Of a DNA stretch of 57,965 bases, positions 18,096 to 27,990 are shown in pieces. A program made the translations under genes and the position numbers. The stretch lies in the IMG/VR virus record IMGVR_UViG_3300028398_000001, positions 1 through 57,965 of that record; one strand, written 5' to 3'. The notes beneath the pieces were generated by a model. It made no database searches. It was not told the origin of the DNA and saw only the letters and a program-made list of their open reading frames with translations. This DNA comes from a virus (taxonomy: Duplodnaviria; Caudoviricetes). The stretch's first letter is position 1. Every line of letters starts with the position of its first letter.

Positions 18096-18995
18096 ATGTC
18101 TTGGTATGCTAAAGGAAATGAAGGATTGAAAAAGGCACAGGATAGGAAAAAGGAAATTGAGCTTAACAGAAACAAAGTTGGGAGGTTTTGGTTAAAAACA
18201 GGTGAGAAAGCTAAAATAATCTTTGTGGATGATGATGGATTTTACTGTGATATTCACCAGTTTAAATGGAGGGATAAATGGAATAACTTTGCAACTTGTG
18301 TAAAGGATGTTAAGCCTTGTCCATTATGCGATGCTGGATTGTATCCTACTTGGACTGCTCATTACACAATAATTGATACAAGAGAATTTGAAGTAAATGG
18401 TAAGAAATACAAAAATGTTAAAAAATTATTCCCAGCAAAAGGAGAAGTAATACAAATCATAGCTGATTTAAAAGAAAAATATGGCTCTTTAGTTGGCAGA
18501 GTTTTTGAAGTTAAAAGATATGGTGCAAAAGAGCCTAATACTGGAACACATTTTGAATACATTGGAAGAATAAAGAGCTGGAAAAAGATAGGTGAGGACG
18601 CTGCTAAACCTTTAAACTATTTAGAGATACTTGCACCACCTACTAAAGAGCAGTATGAAGCTTGGGGATTTGTTGTAACTGAAGAACTTGGCAGTGATGA
18701 AATAGAAGATATTGATACTGATGATGAAATATTAGATGAAGCTTTAGAAGATGAAGCTACAGATGAAGATATTGAAGTTGAAGAAGATGAAGATGTTGAA
18801 ATTGATGATGAAGAAGATGAAGTTGAAGAAGTAAAACCTAAAAATAAAAAAGCACCTAAACCAAATAAGGCTAAAAAACCTAAACCAAAGAAAGTTAAAA
18901 AAGAAGTTGAGGATGAAGATGAAATTGACGATGAAGATATAGAGATTGATGTAGGAGATATAGATGATGTGGGAGATGTGGATGTTGAGATTTAG
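18096..18995 (+). CDS. Probable single-stranded DNA-binding protein (gp32-like)
   Basis: H/C/CPLC putative metal ligands, long acidic tail, position after primase. Confidence 0.7.
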   Translation: MSWYAKGNEGLKKAQDRKKEIELNRNKVGRFWLKTGEKAKIIFVDDDGFYCDIHQFKWRDKWNNFATCVKDVKPCPLCDAGLYPTWTAHYTIIDTREFEVNGKKYKNVKKLFPAKGEVIQIIADLKEKYGSLVGRVFEVKRYGAKEPNTGTHFEYIGRIKSWKKIGEDAAKPLNYLEILAPPTKEQYEAWGFVVTEELGSDEIEDIDTDDEILDEALEDEATDEDIEVEEDEDVEIDDEEDEVEEVKPKNKKAPKPNKAKKPKPKKVKKEVEDEDEIDDEDIEIDVGDIDDVGDVDVEI

Positions 18996-19031
18996 TCTTT
19001 GCCAGTTAAAGGAAAAGTTTAGGAGGTTTTT

Positions 19032-20306
19032 ATGGAGTTTTTGGAAGTAAGAAATATGGCGGTGGTGAAAAATCCACCGTCCTCTTTTTTAAATTTACTT
19101 AAGATAAGAGCAGTTGATTATGAAGGTAAAGTAAAGCATACTCTTGTTTTATACAATAAAATCAGTAATAATAAATTTGAAGTTCCGAGAGCATTAGCTA
19201 AAAGATTGCCAGATAATTGTAATAAATGGGAAAATTATACAATAGCTGATAATATAAATTTAAGAGATTATCAAAAAGAAATTTTCAAAGATATGTTAAA
19301 GCATTATAAAAATAATTCAGGAGGAATTCTGCAGGCTAAAACAGGATTTGGAAAGACTGTAGTAGCTTTAAAATTTGCAGTTAACACCCCGTATAAAACA
19401 TTAGTTATTGTTCCTACAACTTTATTAATGAAGCAGTGGATAGAAAGAATACAGGATTTTACAGGATTAAAAAAAGATGATATAGGCATAATACAAGGAA
19501 GCACTATCAAAGTTGAAGGTAAACCTATTGTAATAGGTATGTTAAAAAGTCTTGCTGAAAAAGAATATCCTGAAGATATTTATAAAATGTTTGGATTGAC
19601 TATTTATGATGAAGGGCATTTGTTAGGTGCAAAAACATTTAGCACTGTTGCTCCTAAATTCTGGGATAGATATAGATTAATGCTATCAGCAACACCAAGA
19701 AGAAAAGATGGAACAGAAAATGTTTTTAGATTTCATATAGGAACACAGATAAATAATGATACTGGAAAGCAGGCTAAACTAAAAGTAGTTATGGTTGTTA
19801 ATACAAAGAGATATAATCCTCATAATTTCTTTGGATATGGTAAATTTTTATTATCAAGATTTTTAAATACAGTATCAAGAGATACAAATAGAAATAAATT
19901 AATAGTCAATCTTATAAACAAAGCAGTCAATAAAGACAGAAAAGTCCTGGTATTATCAGATAGATTAGAACAACTGCAAGCGATTTCAACATTATTACAC
20001 CCTATTAAACATGGTTGGGCTATTGGTGATAAAAAAGAAAATCTTAATGAGCAGGTTGTTTTAGGAACATATCAAGTAGCAGGTTTAGGTATGGATATAC
20101 CTGAATTAGATACATTAATCTTTGCAACTCCAAGAACAGATATTGAGCAGGCTGTTGGTAGGATTACAAGAAAGTCAGATTTAAAAAAGCAGCCTTTGGT
20201 TATTGATATAGTAGATGAAAATGTAGAGCCTATACTGGCATTTTCTTATAAAAGAAGAAGATTTTATAACAATATCAAAGCTGAAACTAAAATTTATAGG
20301 AGGTAG
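19032..20306 (+). CDS. Superfamily 2 helicase (UvsW/XPB-like)
   Basis: LRDYQ, TGFGKT, DEGH, SATP, GMDIP, QAVGRITR. Confidence 0.92.
   Translation: MEFLEVRNMAVVKNPPSSFLNLLKIRAVDYEGKVKHTLVLYNKISNNKFEVPRALAKRLPDNCNKWENYTIADNINLRDYQKEIFKDMLKHYKNNSGGILQAKTGFGKTVVALKFAVNTPYKTLVIVPTTLLMKQWIERIQDFTGLKKDDIGIIQGSTIKVEGKPIVIGMLKSLAEKEYPEDIYKMFGLTIYDEGHLLGAKTFSTVAPKFWDRYRLMLSATPRRKDGTENVFRFHIGTQINNDTGKQAKLKVVMVVNTKRYNPHNFFGYGKFLLSRFLNTVSRDTNRNKLIVNLINKAVNKDRKVLVLSDRLEQLQAISTLLHPIKHGWAIGDKKENLNEQVVLGTYQVAGLGMDIPELDTLIFATPRTDIEQAVGRITRKSDLKKQPLVIDIVDENVEPILAFSYKRRRFYNNIKAETKIYRR
19058..19090 (+). terminator. Terminator-like hairpin in the 5' end of the helicase gene
   Basis: GGCGGTGG/CCACCGTC followed by CTCTTTTTT. 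Confidence 0.6.
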
Positions 20307-20308
20307 TT

Positions 20309-20542
20309 ATGGCAAAGAAATCTTTAAAGGATTTTGTAGGTGAGGATACTATTATAGAAATTAGTTTAACAGAGCATGCAACAGTTAATATAGGAAATTA
20401 TGAAAGTAGTAAAATCTCATTTGGATTAACTATACCTGCTAAAGCAAAGGATGTAAACAAGGTTAGAAAAGCTATGGAAGATTACATATCAAAGTATATA
20501 GAAGATAGAGTAATGGAGATAAAAAATGAAATTGGATACTAA
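20309..20542 (+). CDS. Small hypothetical phage protein
   Basis: TVNIGNYESSKI motif, RBS AGGAGG. Confidence 0.7.
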   Translation: MAKKSLKDFVGEDTIIEISLTEHATVNIGNYESSKISFGLTIPAKAKDVNKVRKAMEDYISKYIEDRVMEIKNEIGY

Positions 20543-21515
20543 ACTAATAAATATTAAAAAAGCTTCTCAATATCCCTCCTCAATACTCCCCCGAATACCA
20601 TCCTCCATCTTCGTTTTTGATGCCCTCACTGGCGGAGGACTTCCTTTATGGAAGTTCTCCATCTTTCATGGTTCATATTCATCTGGTAAAACAGCTGTTT
20701 CTTTAAAAATAATGGGAAATTTTTTAAGAAAATATCCTGATAAATACATAGCTTATATTGATTTTGAAGATAGCTTTGATAAACAATGGGTTAGTAATTT
20801 TGTAGATGAAAAAGATATGGATAGAATATTAGTTGTTAATCCTGATTTTGGTGAGCAGGGAGTTGATTATACAGTAGAATTAGCTAAACAAGATGAGGTT
20901 GGATTTATATTTGTTGATAGTTTAGCAGAGATGATACCAACAAATGATATTGATAAATCAGCCAGTGATGATACTGTTGGATTACAAGCAAAACTGATAA
21001 ATAAACTATTAAGAAAATTGATACCTATTGTATCAATAGCAAGGAAAACTGAAAGACCATTAGCTTGTATTTTAATTAACCAAGAAAGAGCTAAAGTTGG
21101 TGCGAGAGTTTTTGGTGCACAAACACAAAAAGCTGGAGGTTACTTTCAGGAATTTGTAGCAGGTTTAGACATAAGATTTTATAGAAAAAGTAAGGATGAA
21201 GCTAATGAAACTAAAGCTTCAAAATGGATAGAAATAGGATTTAAAATTGAGAAATCAAAAATAACAGGTATCCTACCTTATAGAAGTGGTGCATTTAGGA
21301 TGTCTTTGTTAGGTAATGTTGGTGAAGTAAACAATGCAAAACCTGTAGCTATCTATGGAATTAAATATGGATTGATTAAAAAAGAAGGCAAATATTACAG
21401 TGTAGGAAAAGACATAACAACAAAGGATGGAGTTATAGAATATTTTTCAACTTATCCAAAGGAGTATTTTGAAGTATATGATAAGTTAGTAGAAATTATA
21501 TCGAAAGGAGAATAG
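20526..21515 (+). CDS. recA: RecA/UvsX-like recombinase
   Basis: D.LTGGGLP, GSYSSGKT, FVDSLA, VGLQAK, LINQ.R. Confidence 0.92.
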   Translation: MKLDTKLINIKKASQYPSSILPRIPSSIFVFDALTGGGLPLWKFSIFHGSYSSGKTAVSLKIMGNFLRKYPDKYIAYIDFEDSFDKQWVSNFVDEKDMDRILVVNPDFGEQGVDYTVELAKQDEVGFIFVDSLAEMIPTNDIDKSASDDTVGLQAKLINKLLRKLIPIVSIARKTERPLACILINQERAKVGARVFGAQTQKAGGYFQEFVAGLDIRFYRKSKDEANETKASKWIEIGFKIEKSKITGILPYRSGAFRMSLLGNVGEVNNAKPVAIYGIKYGLIKKEGKYYSVGKDITTKDGVIEYFSTYPKEYFEVYDKLVEIISKGE

Positions 21516-21516
21516 T

Positions 21517-21978
21517 ATGTTAGTAAGATGTGCTTGTTGTGGTAATTCATTTGAGGTTAAAAATTTTAAAGGAATGCCTCATACTCCTATGGTATGTAGT
21601 GCAGATTGTTTAAAGGAATTTTTTAGAGACAAAGCTGTTGACCCAAGATTATTTGCCAGACTTTTTACTGAAGATGGATTAAATGGATTAAGAGCTTTTG
21701 ATAATATTACAAACTTTGCTGTTGGTGGAAGAAGTGAAATAGAATTAAAGATAGCTGAATTTTTTGATAAAAATGGAATAGCTTATGAATATGAAAAATA
21801 TTCTTTAATGTTGGACAAAGATATGTATCTACCAGATTTCTTTTTGCCAAGATATAATATTTTTATAGAAGTAAAATATGATGTATGGGAAAGAGGAGCT
21901 TATGCTAAATTAAGAAGAATGTCATATTTGTATCCAATTTATTTAATAACAAAGGAAATTTATGATGTATGGAAATGA
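21517..21978 (+). CDS. PD-(D/E)xK endonuclease (T7 endonuclease I-like) with N-terminal Cys motif
   Basis: RSEIE..IA, YEYE, YLPDF, FIEVK. Confidence 0.75.
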   Translation: MLVRCACCGNSFEVKNFKGMPHTPMVCSADCLKEFFRDKAVDPRLFARLFTEDGLNGLRAFDNITNFAVGGRSEIELKIAEFFDKNGIAYEYEKYSLMLDKDMYLPDFFLPRYNIFIEVKYDVWERGAYAKLRRMSYLYPIYLITKEIYDVWK

Positions 21979-22828
21979 GGTAAATCAAATCAAGGGAATT
22001 TTGTATAATGGATTACGCAGGTATGTGTTTAATGTAGGAAATACACGAAAGGATGATGGTGTGGATAAGTTAATAATTCATGCTTCAAGTGCTTATTTTA
22101 CTTGTCCAAGATTTGTGTTTTATGTAAGACACCGTAAAGTTAGACCAGATATGTCTAAAGGTGTTGAATTGCCAAATTCTTTTGCAGTTACATTTGGTAT
22201 AGGACTATCAATAGAGAAAATGGTTATAACAAGTTTTAGAAGAATAGGCTCTACAGAAATATTTGGCAGGTTATTATGCACTAATTGTGGATATGAAACT
22301 ATAGCAAATATATCAAGAGCAACACTTACTTGTCCTAATTGTGGTGCTAAATTAAGAAAAAGGCAGGTAAATTTGACTTATAAGATTGCTGATGATTTAT
22401 TAATAGTTGGCAATGTAGATTTAATTATGTATAATAGTGCTATATCTGAATACTCTCACATATATGAAATAAAATCTATGAATAAAAGGGATTTTGAAAA
22501 TCTTAAATTTCCACTACTTAATCATCAATCACAAGTAAAAACATATTTATGGTTAGCTTCTAAAAATAGAAAAATGCTGAAGGATACTAAACTAAATAAT
22601 AAGTATGGCTTTATTATCTATGTATGTAAAGAACATACAAAAGACCCTATAAAAGTATTTAAAGTAACTAAAGATATGGATTTTGTTAGAGAAATGAATA
22701 GATTTGTCCATATCTTAAAAGTTGATAAATTAGGTTCAAGAATATGTCCTGATAAAAATTCAATAGTTGCAAGAAATTGTCCAGCAAGAGAAGTATGTTT
22801 TAATATAAAAAGTAAAAAAAGGAGATAG
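21962..22828 (+). CDS. Cas4/RecB-like PD-(D/E)xK exonuclease
   Basis: TCPR, GNVD, YEIKS, QVKTY, C-terminal Cys triad, inserted CxxC..CxxC. Confidence 0.8.
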   Translation: MMYGNEVNQIKGILYNGLRRYVFNVGNTRKDDGVDKLIIHASSAYFTCPRFVFYVRHRKVRPDMSKGVELPNSFAVTFGIGLSIEKMVITSFRRIGSTEIFGRLLCTNCGYETIANISRATLTCPNCGAKLRKRQVNLTYKIADDLLIVGNVDLIMYNSAISEYSHIYEIKSMNKRDFENLKFPLLNHQSQVKTYLWLASKNRKMLKDTKLNNKYGFIIYVCKEHTKDPIKVFKVTKDMDFVREMNRFVHILKVDKLGSRICPDKNSIVARNCPAREVCFNIKSKKRR

Positions 22829-22829
22829 T

Positions 22830-23417
22830 ATGAAGAAGCTAAATTTATATGATTTAATTTATCTTTCAATTTTTATTTTAGCAATAGTTGTTTTAATTGT
22901 TACTCCAATATCTAAAGAGCATACAAAAATAAAACAGAATGTTATTATAAAGTATAAAAAAATATACATTAAAAGAATAGACAAGGATAAATTTATCAGG
23001 TGGATTTATAATAATTCATTTAGATGTAGCTTAAAACAAGCAGATTACATTGCAGGTATTTTGATTAAAACAAAATATCCTTTACTGTTTGCTGCAATTA
23101 TAAAAAATGAAAGCAATTTCAACATAACTGCTTATAATAGATTGGGAGCTATTGGATTAATGCAAATACTTCCAACTAAATCTCATATAAAGCAATTAAA
23201 AGAAGCTGGCATTATAAATAATGTTAGAGATTTATTTAATCCTTACAATAATATTATGGCAGGTCAGTTCATATTTAATGATATTTTAAAAATAAATAAA
23301 GGTTCTTTGAGAAAAGCTCTATTAATGTATTGTGGTAATAGTAAGAATTATGTATCAAAAGTTCTTCAATCATTAGGTGAGTTAACTATTTATGTAAGAA
23401 ATGCAGGTATTGAATAG
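22830..23417 (+). CDS. Lytic transglycosylase (SLT) with N-terminal membrane anchor
   Basis: AIIKNESNFN, GAIGLMQI, LFNPYNNI; hydrophobic N-terminus. Confidence 0.9.
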   Translation: MKKLNLYDLIYLSIFILAIVVLIVTPISKEHTKIKQNVIIKYKKIYIKRIDKDKFIRWIYNNSFRCSLKQADYIAGILIKTKYPLLFAAIIKNESNFNITAYNRLGAIGLMQILPTKSHIKQLKEAGIINNVRDLFNPYNNIMAGQFIFNDILKINKGSLRKALLMYCGNSKNYVSKVLQSLGELTIYVRNAGIE

Positions 23418-23426
23418 GAGGTAGTT

Positions 23427-25877
23427 ATGGGATGTAAGGATTGCCCATTTAGGAATAGTATTAAAGTCCCTTATGTAGGAAATAAGAATGCTAAAATTGT
23501 AATTGTAGGAGAAGCTCCTGCTGAAACAGAAGTAAGATACAAAAAACCTTTTATAGGTAGAAGTGGTAAGCTGCTGTTTGGAACATTAAATTATGTATCC
23601 AATGTAAGTAGAAAAGATGTTGCAATATTAAATGCAGTAAAGTGCAAGATTATTGATAATGACAAAAAGAATTTAACACAAGCTCTTAAACATTGCAGAC
23701 CTTTTTTAGAAAAAGCTATATCAATTATAAAACCAAAATTAATAATTGCCTTTGGTTCAACAGCTGCTAAACAAATTATTAAAGATGGTAATAAAATACT
23801 ATCAAAATCTGGCAGGTTTTTCTGGAGTGATGAATTTAATTGCTGGGTATTAATATCTATTCATCCTTCCTATGCATTAAGAAATGGAGTTAGTTTAAAG
23901 AGCCTCACTAAAAATTCCTTTGAAATGACCAAGCCAGAAAAATTATGGATAGATACTTTTAAAGCTATTAAGGTATTTATAGATAAAGGGTATAATTACA
24001 AAGGTATTAATACAGATAATTATGTAGAAGCTAAAGAAGATGATATAGATAAAATAGCTAAAGCTAAAATCATTGCCTTTGATTATGAGACAAATGGACT
24101 AACTGCTTTTAATAGCAATGTTAAAATTCTATCTATGGCATTTTCTATAGAAGCTGGCAAATCCTATGTAATAATATTTGATAAAGATATTGGAACTAAA
24201 ATTAAATGGGTTAAAAAAATCCTTACTTCAAATGCTATTAAAGTTGTAGCCAGCAGACCTTTTGAAGAAATATTTACTTTTGCTAAATTTGGATTTGAAG
24301 TTAAACAGCCAGTTCACGATGTATTGACTATGGCTCATATAATAAATGAAGAAAACTGCCAGCCATATAACCTTGAAGAAGTAGCTTCAAGATATGGAAA
24401 AATGCTGCATATTAAAGATGTAGCTGAAGGACAGAGAACAACATTAGAAACAGCTGATAGAGATTTATTAATTAGGTATAATGGAGTTGATAGTGACGCA
24501 ACTTTCAGAAGTTATATAACTTTGAGAGATATATTAAAGAAACATCTAAGATTACTTAATTACTATCTAAATCTAATTTATAAAGCTCAAACAATTTATT
24601 CATTCATTGAAAGAAGAGGATTTTACATAAACATTATGAAAGTAAAACAAACTGAAAATGAGCTTAAGAAAATAGCAGATGAACTGCATAGTAAAGCTTT
24701 AGAATATCTACCACAATCTATTATAGAAAAATACAAGGATAATTTAAGCTTAAGCAGAAGTGCTTTAATAGTGGATTATTTATTTGAACATAAAGATGGA
24801 TTGAAATTTAAACCATTTGAGGTTACTGAAAAAACAAGAAAGCCAACAACCACTGAAGCTCATCTTAAAAATTTTGAAAGTAAATCAGGGTTTGTTAAAA
24901 ATCTACTTATATGGAAGAAAGCTACCAAGATTTTAAATACATATTTTAAACAGATTTATAAAAGCATAAATCCAGAAGATAGCAAAATGTATCCTCATAC
25001 ATTATTTACTACTACAAAAACTGGCAGGTTAACAATAGCAAATCCTACATTACAAACCATTCCACAAAGAGGAAAATTTAGTGAGTATATAAAGAAAGTA
25101 TTTGAAGCTCCTGAAGGATACTATTTCTTTGATAGAGATTTATCACAATCAGAATTAAGAATAATGGGATGGATTTCTAATTGTAAAGGAATTATGAAGG
25201 CTCTTAATAATGGAATAGATTTACATAAAAATACAGCAAATCTTGTATTAGGAATACCGTTTGATAAGATTACAAAAGAACAAAGACAATCAGCCAAAGC
25301 TATAGGATTTGGATTTTTATATGGAGCTTCTGCCAAAACATTTCAAAGAGTAGCAAAAAATGATTATGGTGTAATAATGAGTTTAGAAGAAGCTACAAGA
25401 ATGAGAGAGAAATTTTTTAAAGCATATCCAGAGATTTTAGAATGGCATCAAAAAACAATTAACTTTGCAAGAAAGTATGGCTATGTTGAAAGTCCTTTAG
25501 GCAGAAGAAGACATCTTCCATTTATAAATAGTGATGATAATTTCTTAAGAAGTGAAGCAGAAAGACAGGCTATTAACTTCCCTATTCAATCATTTTCATC
25601 TGATTTAAATTTAATCTCACAAATTATCTTGCAAAATCTGATTAAAAAGTATAGAATAGACAATGATATTTACACCTTGTTTTTGGTTCACGATGCTATG
25701 TATGGATTTGTAAAGGAGGATAAGTTGAAGTTAGCACAAAAGCTAACAAAAATTGCGATGGAAGAATTAAGCAAAAAGTATATTAAAAAATACTTTAATG
25801 TAGAAATTACTTATCCTATTGCTTCAGATTTTTCATTTGGTAAAAACTGGGCAGAAATGAAAGAATTAGAAGATTAG
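23427..25877 (+). CDS. polA: Family A DNA polymerase with N-terminal family-4 uracil-DNA glycosylase domain
   Basis: UDG: CxxC, VGEAP, PFIGRSG, VKC, HPSY; Exo: DYET, YNGVD; Pol: DLSQSELR, RQSAKAIGFGFLYG, VHD. Confidence 0.95.
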   Translation: MGCKDCPFRNSIKVPYVGNKNAKIVIVGEAPAETEVRYKKPFIGRSGKLLFGTLNYVSNVSRKDVAILNAVKCKIIDNDKKNLTQALKHCRPFLEKAISIIKPKLIIAFGSTAAKQIIKDGNKILSKSGRFFWSDEFNCWVLISIHPSYALRNGVSLKSLTKNSFEMTKPEKLWIDTFKAIKVFIDKGYNYKGINTDNYVEAKEDDIDKIAKAKIIAFDYETNGLTAFNSNVKILSMAFSIEAGKSYVIIFDKDIGTKIKWVKKILTSNAIKVVASRPFEEIFTFAKFGFEVKQPVHDVLTMAHIINEENCQPYNLEEVASRYGKMLHIKDVAEGQRTTLETADRDLLIRYNGVDSDATFRSYITLRDILKKHLRLLNYYLNLIYKAQTIYSFIERRGFYINIMKVKQTENELKKIADELHSKALEYLPQSIIEKYKDNLSLSRSALIVDYLFEHKDGLKFKPFEVTEKTRKPTTTEAHLKNFESKSGFVKNLLIWKKATKILNTYFKQIYKSINPEDSKMYPHTLFTTTKTGRLTIANPTLQTIPQRGKFSEYIKKVFEAPEGYYFFDRDLSQSELRIMGWISNCKGIMKALNNGIDLHKNTANLVLGIPFDKITKEQRQSAKAIGFGFLYGASAKTFQRVAKNDYGVIMSLEEATRMREKFFKAYPEILEWHQKTINFARKYGYVESPLGRRRHLPFINSDDNFLRSEAERQAINFPIQSFSSDLNLISQIILQNLIKKYRIDNDIYTLFLVHDAMYGFVKEDKLKLAQKLTKIAMEELSKKYIKKYFNVEITYPIASDFSFGKNWAEMKELED

Positions 25878-25890
25878 AAAGGAGATTTAA

Positions 25891-26376
25891 ATGAAATTAA
25901 TTGCATTTGACCCTGCTTCAAATTCTTGTGGTTATGCCATATTTGATAGTGAAATCAATTGCACTGAATATGGTGTGGTTAAAACAACTATATCTGAAAT
26001 AATGCAGCTCATTGAAAGTGTTGGTGATGAATTTAGTATAGCTGTTGAAACTCAATATATGTCTTTCAATGCTAAATCATTTGCTATGTTAGTAAAAGTA
26101 AGAGCTATTATAGAAACCCTGGCTTTCTTAAAAGGTTGTAAAGCTATCTATGAAATACCAGCTAATAGCTGGCAATCAATAATACTAAAAACAGATAATA
26201 AAATTAAAAGAAAAGATAGAAAACTTTTAAGTAAAGTTTCAGCTTCTGAATTTTTAAACAAGGAAATAAAAAATGATAACATTGCAGATGCTATAAATAT
26301 TGGCAGGTTTATACTTTCAGTTAATAATCCAAATAAATTTATTTTAAAAGGAGGTTGTTTATGGGCGACAAAATGA
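25891..26376 (+). CDS. RuvC-like Holliday junction resolvase
   Basis: IAFDPA...GYA, AVE, DNIADA. Confidence 0.82.
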   Translation: MKLIAFDPASNSCGYAIFDSEINCTEYGVVKTTISEIMQLIESVGDEFSIAVETQYMSFNAKSFAMLVKVRAIIETLAFLKGCKAIYEIPANSWQSIILKTDNKIKRKDRKLLSKVSASEFLNKEIKNDNIADAINIGRFILSVNNPNKFILKGGCLWATK

Positions 26377-26711
26377 AGGAAGGCAAGGTTTATTCCTGGA
26401 AAGAGGTTAGGTCTATTATGAGGAAATATGGAAATCAAAAGTATGACAACATTGATGAAGTGATGGAAATGTTGGGTGATGCTTTAGTAGAAATATGTAG
26501 AACAGCTCCAGCAACCATTAGGTTAAAAAACATTGGTAGGTTACATTTTGTCTATGAAAAATCCAGACCATTTTTTAATGGATTAACAGGTCAGCCAGAT
26601 AAAACAAATCCAAAATACAAACTAAAGATGAGATTTTTTAAGAAGTTAAGAAATAGGATGAGTAAGAATGTAAATGGATTACAGGTGGTTAATGAAATAA
26701 ATAAAGTTTAA
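26361..26711 (+). CDS. HU/IHF-like DNA-binding protein
   Basis: IRLKNIGRL..SRPFFNGLTG..KLKMRFFKKL arm pattern. Confidence 0.75.
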   Translation: MGDKMKEGKVYSWKEVRSIMRKYGNQKYDNIDEVMEMLGDALVEICRTAPATIRLKNIGRLHFVYEKSRPFFNGLTGQPDKTNPKYKLKMRFFKKLRNRMSKNVNGLQVVNEINKV

Positions 26712-26721
26712 AGGAGTTAAA

Positions 26722-27237
26722 ATGAATACAGAGAAATTTTTTAAGTTCCAGATTACTAATTTTGAAAATAAAATAAAGGGAAACAGATTTTATGGAGTGC
26801 CAGTTGATACCTCTCAATTAGCTTTTGATAGTATCTATGATGATGAAGCTTTGGATTTTGTTTTAAACTGGTATCGTAATGAATATGCAAGGAGCAAGGC
26901 TAACTTGCTCCCTTATCCTTTAAATTATCATTACTTTGATTTATGGATTTCAAATAACAAACACGCTATAGCTTTATTACAAAAAACAATAAACAAGTTC
27001 CTTCGTAAAAAAGTTGATACAACAGGAATTTTAGATGATAAAACTTTAAAGTATATGCAAAAGCTAAATGAAAAAGATGGATTTCAGCTGGCTCAATATT
27101 TCTCTATAAAGAGAAGGTTTTATTATCTAAATCTTAAAGATGAAAGATTTAGATGTGGCTGGATAAATAGAGTATGTAAATTAGAAAACTATATTTTAAA
27201 TGAAGTATTATTAGAAAAAGGAGATTTAAATGATTGA
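26722..27237 (+). CDS. Degenerate GH108-like / peptidoglycan-binding protein
   Basis: Aligns by eye with 27980..28546 (YPL..FD, AI..LQ..N, D.G..T, RCGWINR) but lacks the EG..D.G catalytic loop. Confidence 0.6.
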   Translation: MNTEKFFKFQITNFENKIKGNRFYGVPVDTSQLAFDSIYDDEALDFVLNWYRNEYARSKANLLPYPLNYHYFDLWISNNKHAIALLQKTINKFLRKKVDTTGILDDKTLKYMQKLNEKDGFQLAQYFSIKRRFYYLNLKDERFRCGWINRVCKLENYILNEVLLEKGDLND

Positions 27238-27775
27238 GATTAGTAATACTTCAGTTTCAAATTTAGATAGGTGCATTAGCAGTATAGGATTATCTTATTA
27301 TAAGGAAAAATACAATCCAAGTTTAGCAATTAGATTAGGTTCTCAAAAACCTTGTTCTGGGCACGATAGCTATTTAAAAGGTATAACAGTAAATTTTATG
27401 CTCAAAGCTCCACATTATTTCATTATAGAATTACAAAGATATCATTTTATTGATATTGTTATGTCAACAAGTAAAATGCATTCATTATCTAATTCAGATT
27501 TTTTCTTTGATAACTTGCCACCTAATATTGATGATGGCATAAAGAGCAGGCTTATAAAACTATATGATGATTACAACATATCAAAATCTGATTTATCATT
27601 TAATACTTTACTTGCTAATCTTCCACTTGGGTTTACATTAAAAATGTATATGACTACTAATTATCTACAGCTTAAGAACATATATTATCAAAGAAAAAAT
27701 CATAGATTGCAGGAATGGAGAGATTTCTGTAAATGGATTTATGAACTTCCACTTATGGATGATATTTTAGATTAG
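27230..27775 (+). CDS. ThyX-like flavin-dependent thymidylate synthase homologue (divergent)
   Basis: GHDSYL, ELQRYH..S, LPLG, TNYLQL..QR..HRLQEWR. Confidence 0.6.
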   Translation: MIEISNTSVSNLDRCISSIGLSYYKEKYNPSLAIRLGSQKPCSGHDSYLKGITVNFMLKAPHYFIIELQRYHFIDIVMSTSKMHSLSNSDFFFDNLPPNIDDGIKSRLIKLYDDYNISKSDLSFNTLLANLPLGFTLKMYMTTNYLQLKNIYYQRKNHRLQEWRDFCKWIYELPLMDDILD

Positions 27776-27783
27776 GGGGTTAT

Positions 27784-27990
27784 ATGAATACTGAAGACCT
27801 TGAAAGAGTTAAGGACTATATAAAAGATTTAAGAGTGCGTGTTTTAATAAAATATGATAGCTATGGTGGTGATGAAAATCAATTATTAGAAATGTATTAC
27901 AAGGGCTGTATAGAAACTTTAGATGATGTTCAAATGTTTGTAGAGGCTTTGATAGAAAACCAAGTAGGAGGTGTTGTTGATGGTCTGTAA
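27784..27990 (+). CDS. Small hypothetical protein
   Basis: 68 aa, RBS AGGGGG. Confidence 0.65.
   Translation: MNTEDLERVKDYIKDLRVRVLIKYDSYGGDENQLLEMYYKGCIETLDDVQMFVEALIENQVGGVVDGL

Noticed and set aside
21962-22828. CRISPR-Cas system from the Cas4-like gene
   Set aside because: Solo Cas4-like nucleases are common in phage recombination modules; no cas1/cas2 or array
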